Assembly: GCA_963803435.1 (NCBI GenBank)
Contig: CAWDML010000003.1
Span: 96,001 to 160,000 of the forward strand
Reading direction: 5' to 3'
DNA from: an uncultured delta proteobacterium
Lineage (GTDB): Bacteria; Myxococcota; Kuafuiibacteriia; Kuafuiibacteriales; Kuafuiibacteriaceae
Length of the DNA stretch: 64,000 nucleotides
Every line of letters begins with the position of its first letter. The stretch's first letter is position 1. The position numbers and the translations under genes were made by a program. The notes below the pieces were generated by a model, which made no database searches, had not been told where the DNA came from, and worked only from the letters and a program-made list of their open reading frames with translations. This document shows, piece by piece, positions 61,046 to 64,000 of this stretch.

Positions 61046-62599
61046 TCAAAAGACCGGCGCGTCCGCCTTCACCCCGGCCTGGTGCCCGTCGACCAGGCTG
61101 GGCGTCGTGTCGTTGAGGCGCGGGTTCATCGCGAAGAAGAGCTTGCGCGCCAGCTTGAGCTCGAGCGGACGCGTCCAGCGCTCCGCCTCCCAGCGCCGCC
61201 TTGCGAGCGCGATCATGGCGTCGCGGATGGGACGCCCACGCATGGGAACGCCCTTGAAGCGATAGAGGTCCTCCTCGACGAAGAACGCCGAGCCGGCCAC
61301 AGTCTCGAAGTCTCGGATCATCCGATCGATGTCCTCGGTCATCCAGGGGGTCACCTTCTTGCGGAACCCGAAGTCGCGCCAGGTGGAGGTCTCCCAGTCG
61401 GCGAGCGAGGTGGTGGTCTCCAGACCATGCGCCACCGCGTCGGCGTAGAGCGGCGTCGACTCGTACGGCGTGTACGTGTTGAGGACGAAGACCGCGCCGG
61501 GGACGATCCGCTTGAGGTCCTTGCAGAGCGCGAGCGACATCCGCACGTCGCGCTCAGGGTCGTCGGGATAGCCGAGCGTGAAGCTGAGATCCGGCGTGAT
61601 GCCGAACTCGGCCATCCGCTCTGCCATCAGCGTGACCTGCTCGTTCGTGTGCTCCTTCTTGATCTTCTGGAGGATGTGCGGATCGCCGCTCTCGATCCCC
61701 ACGAAGAAGCGCTTGCAGCCCGACTCCGCCATCAGCCTCCAGACCTCGCGCGGCATCTTGGCCAGCTGATCGGGCCGCCCGAACGCGATCCATGGCCGCG
61801 CGATGCCGGCCTCGATCATCCCCTGGCACAGATCGATCGTGCGCTTCGGGCTCACGATGAGGTTGCTGTCCGCGAACTCGATCGCGTCGGCCTGGGGGGC
61901 GAGCGCCAGGAGCGCCGAGAGCTCGTCCACGCAGCGCTCCGCCGAGTAGGCGCTCCAGCCGAACTCGAACTCGAAGTTGACCGTGCAGAACTGACAGGCG
62001 AACGGGCAGCCGGTCGACGAGTGATAGGTGACCGCGCGGCCGCCCACCAGGATGTGGACCAGGTACTTCGCGATGGCGAGATCCTCGAAGGGTGGCCGTC
62101 CGAAGGCGTTCTGATCCTTCATCTTGGCGCGGGCGCCGATCACCGGCTCGCCCCGGGCCGTCTTGTACGAGACACCGGGGATGTTCTCCGGCGGGGCGCC
62201 GGCCGCGAAGGCCTCGCAGACCCGGGCGAACGCCTCCTCGCCCTGTCCCTTGATCACCACGTCGACGCAGGCGTCGCCGAGCGTCTCCTTGACGTACATC
62301 GAGGGGTGCGCGCCTCCCCATACCAACGGGAGCGCCGGCTGCGCGCGCCGCAGCGCCCGAGCGGCCTTGAGCGCGTGCACAGTCTGGTTGCCGGTGAAGC
62401 ACGAGATGCCGACGAGGAGGGCCCCATGGGCCGCTTCGAGGAGTTTCTTGATCGGATCGGGCTCCTTGCCGCCGTCGACCATCACCACGTCGAAGCGCTC
62501 CCGCGGGAGGTTGCCCGCGAGCGCGAGGATGGGCCACGGCAGGCGGTGGAACTCGGGGCGCGACACGCGCGGATGGAACAACACGATCCGCGGCTTCAC
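61046..62599 (-). CDS. Cobalamin-binding radical SAM protein
   Basis: VGISCF, VWGGAHPS, GQGE B12-binding region; GCPFACQFC; GIESG. Start GTG 62599. Confidence 0.9.
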   Translation of the reverse strand: MKPRIVLFHPRVSRPEFHRLPWPILALAGNLPRERFDVVMVDGGKEPDPIKKLLEAAHGALLVGISCFTGNQTVHALKAARALRRAQPALPLVWGGAHPSMYVKETLGDACVDVVIKGQGEEAFARVCEAFAAGAPPENIPGVSYKTARGEPVIGARAKMKDQNAFGRPPFEDLAIAKYLVHILVGGRAVTYHSSTGCPFACQFCTVNFEFEFGWSAYSAERCVDELSALLALAPQADAIEFADSNLIVSPKRTIDLCQGMIEAGIARPWIAFGRPDQLAKMPREVWRLMAESGCKRFFVGIESGDPHILQKIKKEHTNEQVTLMAERMAEFGITPDLSFTLGYPDDPERDVRMSLALCKDLKRIVPGAVFVLNTYTPYESTPLYADAVAHGLETTTSLADWETSTWRDFGFRKKVTPWMTEDIDRMIRDFETVAGSAFFVEEDLYRFKGVPMRGRPIRDAMIALARRRWEAERWTRPLELKLARKLFFAMNPRLNDTTPSLVDGHQAGVKADAPVF

Positions 62600-62678
62600 G
62601 GGCAGAGCATACCCAAAACCGTTCCGTTCACGCTCTCCAGATGACGGGTGGGTTCGCCCCGTGTTACCCGGCGTGCGC

Positions 62679-64000
62679 GTGCTGAGGCACCTGACGATCG
62701 AAAACCTCGCGCTGGTGGATCGCATCGAGATCGACTTCGGCCCTGGTCTGAACGTCCTCACCGGCGAAACGGGCGCCGGTAAGAGCGTGCTGGTGGGGGC
62801 GCTTTCGCTGGTGCTGGGAAGCCGCGCGTCCCCCGACGTGATCCGGTCCGGGGCGAAGGAGGCGACGGTGGAGGCGCTGCTCGAGCTCCCTGCGGATCGG
62901 CGGCTGGCGGCCCGGCTCGAGACCATGGGGATCGACGTCGCCGACGGCGATCTGGTGGTCCGCCGCGTGATCGCGCAGAAGGGCAAGAGCCGCGTCCTCC
63001 TCAACGGGCAGATGGCCACCGTCTCGATGCTCGCCGAGGTCATGCGCGGCGCGGTCGACATCACCAGCCAGCACGAGCACGTGAGCCTGCTCGACGAGTC
63101 GCGCCACCTCGACGTCGTCGATGCGTACGGCGATCTCTTCGCGCTTCGCGAGCGGGTCGAGGCCGCCCACGCCGAGGTCGTGGGCTACCAGACCGCGCTC
63201 GCCAACCTCGCCAGCGACGAGACCGAGAAGGCGCGGCGGGAGGACTATCTTCGCTTCGCCGTCGACGAGATCGCCGCCGTCAACCCCGAGCCCGGAGAGC
63301 TCGACCTCCTGGAGCAGGAGCGCTCCCGCCTGCGGAACGTCACCGAGCTCTCGGAGGGCGTCCGGCGCGCCGAAGGTGCGATGTACTCGGAGGACGGCGC
63401 CGTCGTCGAGATCATCGGCCGGATCGAGCGCGAGCTGGTGAAGCTCTCGGCGCTGGACGAGCGGCTCGCACCGCTGGCGGGTGCCGTGGGGAGCGTGCGG
63501 GCGGAGCTGGAGGAGTCGTCCCGGGAGCTCGGCCGGTACGCAGACTCGCTGGCCGCCGATCCGGACCGCCTCACCGAGGTCGACGAGCGGATCGAGCAGC
63601 TCCGTAAGCTGACCCGGAAGTACGCGGGCCTCACCGGGATCGCCGGGGTGCTGGCGGCGCGGGTCGAGATGGAGCGGGAGCTCGACGAGCTGGTCCACGA
63701 GGAAGCACGCCAGGCCGACCTGCTGTGCGCGCTGGAGGCGCAGGTGGCCGAGCGCAAGGCGCTCGCCGTGGAGCTCACCGCCGCCCGCCATCGCGTGGTG
63801 CGCGCGCTGGAGAAGGCGATCCAGTCCGAGCTCGCCGAGCTGTCGATGAAGAACACGCGGGTGGCGGTGGAGCTCCTGCCCGCCGCCGAGCCGGGGCCGA
63901 AGGGCGCGGAGAGTGCCCGTCTCCTGATCTCGCCAAACGCGGGCGAGCCCCTGCGATCGCTGGAGAAGACGGCCTCCGGTGGCGAGCTTTCCCGGGTCCT
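62679..64000 (+). CDS. recN: DNA repair protein RecN (runs off the window end)
   Basis: Not in the ORF track; translated by hand: MLRHLTIENLALVDRIEIDFGPGLNVLTGETGAGKS ... SPNAGEPLRSLEKTASGGELSRV. Confidence 0.95.
   Translation, partial: MLRHLTIENLALVDRIEIDFGPGLNVLTGETGAGKSVLVGALSLVLGSRASPDVIRSGAKEATVEALLELPADRRLAARLETMGIDVADGDLVVRRVIAQKGKSRVLLNGQMATVSMLAEVMRGAVDITSQHEHVSLLDESRHLDVVDAYGDLFALRERVEAAHAEVVGYQTALANLASDETEKARREDYLRFAVDEIAAVNPEPGELDLLEQERSRLRNVTELSEGVRRAEGAMYSEDGAVVEIIGRIERELVKLSALDERLAPLAGAVGSVRAELEESSRELGRYADSLAADPDRLTEVDERIEQLRKLTRKYAGLTGIAGVLAARVEMERELDELVHEEARQADLLCALEAQVAERKALAVELTAARHRVVRALEKAIQSELAELSMKNTRVAVELLPAAEPGPKGAESARLLISPNAGEPLRSLEKTASGGELSRV

Noticed and set aside
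62612-62632. Possible LexA box upstream of recN (GTTCCGTTCAC)
   Set aside because: It matches only the GTTCA part of the myxobacterial consensus as I recall it; too weak to call.

Overview
High-GC bacterial DNA, most consistent with a Myxococcota/deltaproteobacterial genome (MXAN_5187-like protein, giant TPR protein, Ser/Thr kinases, many hybrid histidine kinases). From left to right: dps; a REC-GAF-GGDEF gene; a three-gene minus-strand operon (Ser/Thr kinase; a cNMP/4x[4Fe-4S]/heme-b-type membrane protein; an FHA/heptaheme c/ferredoxin/permuted FAD oxidoreductase fusion); an amine catabolism operon (EamA, saccharopine dehydrogenase-like, aminoaldehyde dehydrogenase, copper amine oxidase); a ~14 kb two-component signalling cluster including an ethylene-receptor-like double kinase; several lipoproteins; yebC-ruvCAB, lpxC, pabB-like and a stand-alone divergent EF-G; an ABC exporter; a 1.46 kb element with ~65 bp inverted repeats and a 6 bp flanking direct repeat, carrying a four-helix-bundle gene and an IS1182 remnant; M28 peptidase, giant TPR protein, B12 radical SAM and the 5' part of recN. 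The two best candidates for an undescribed system are the signal-gated transmembrane redox operon (2204-9735) and the four-helix-bundle element (48613-50088). The apparent frameshifts are +1 insertions in or next to GATC, which points to a modification-linked sequencing artefact. All family calls come from motif recognition by eye; no database search was run.
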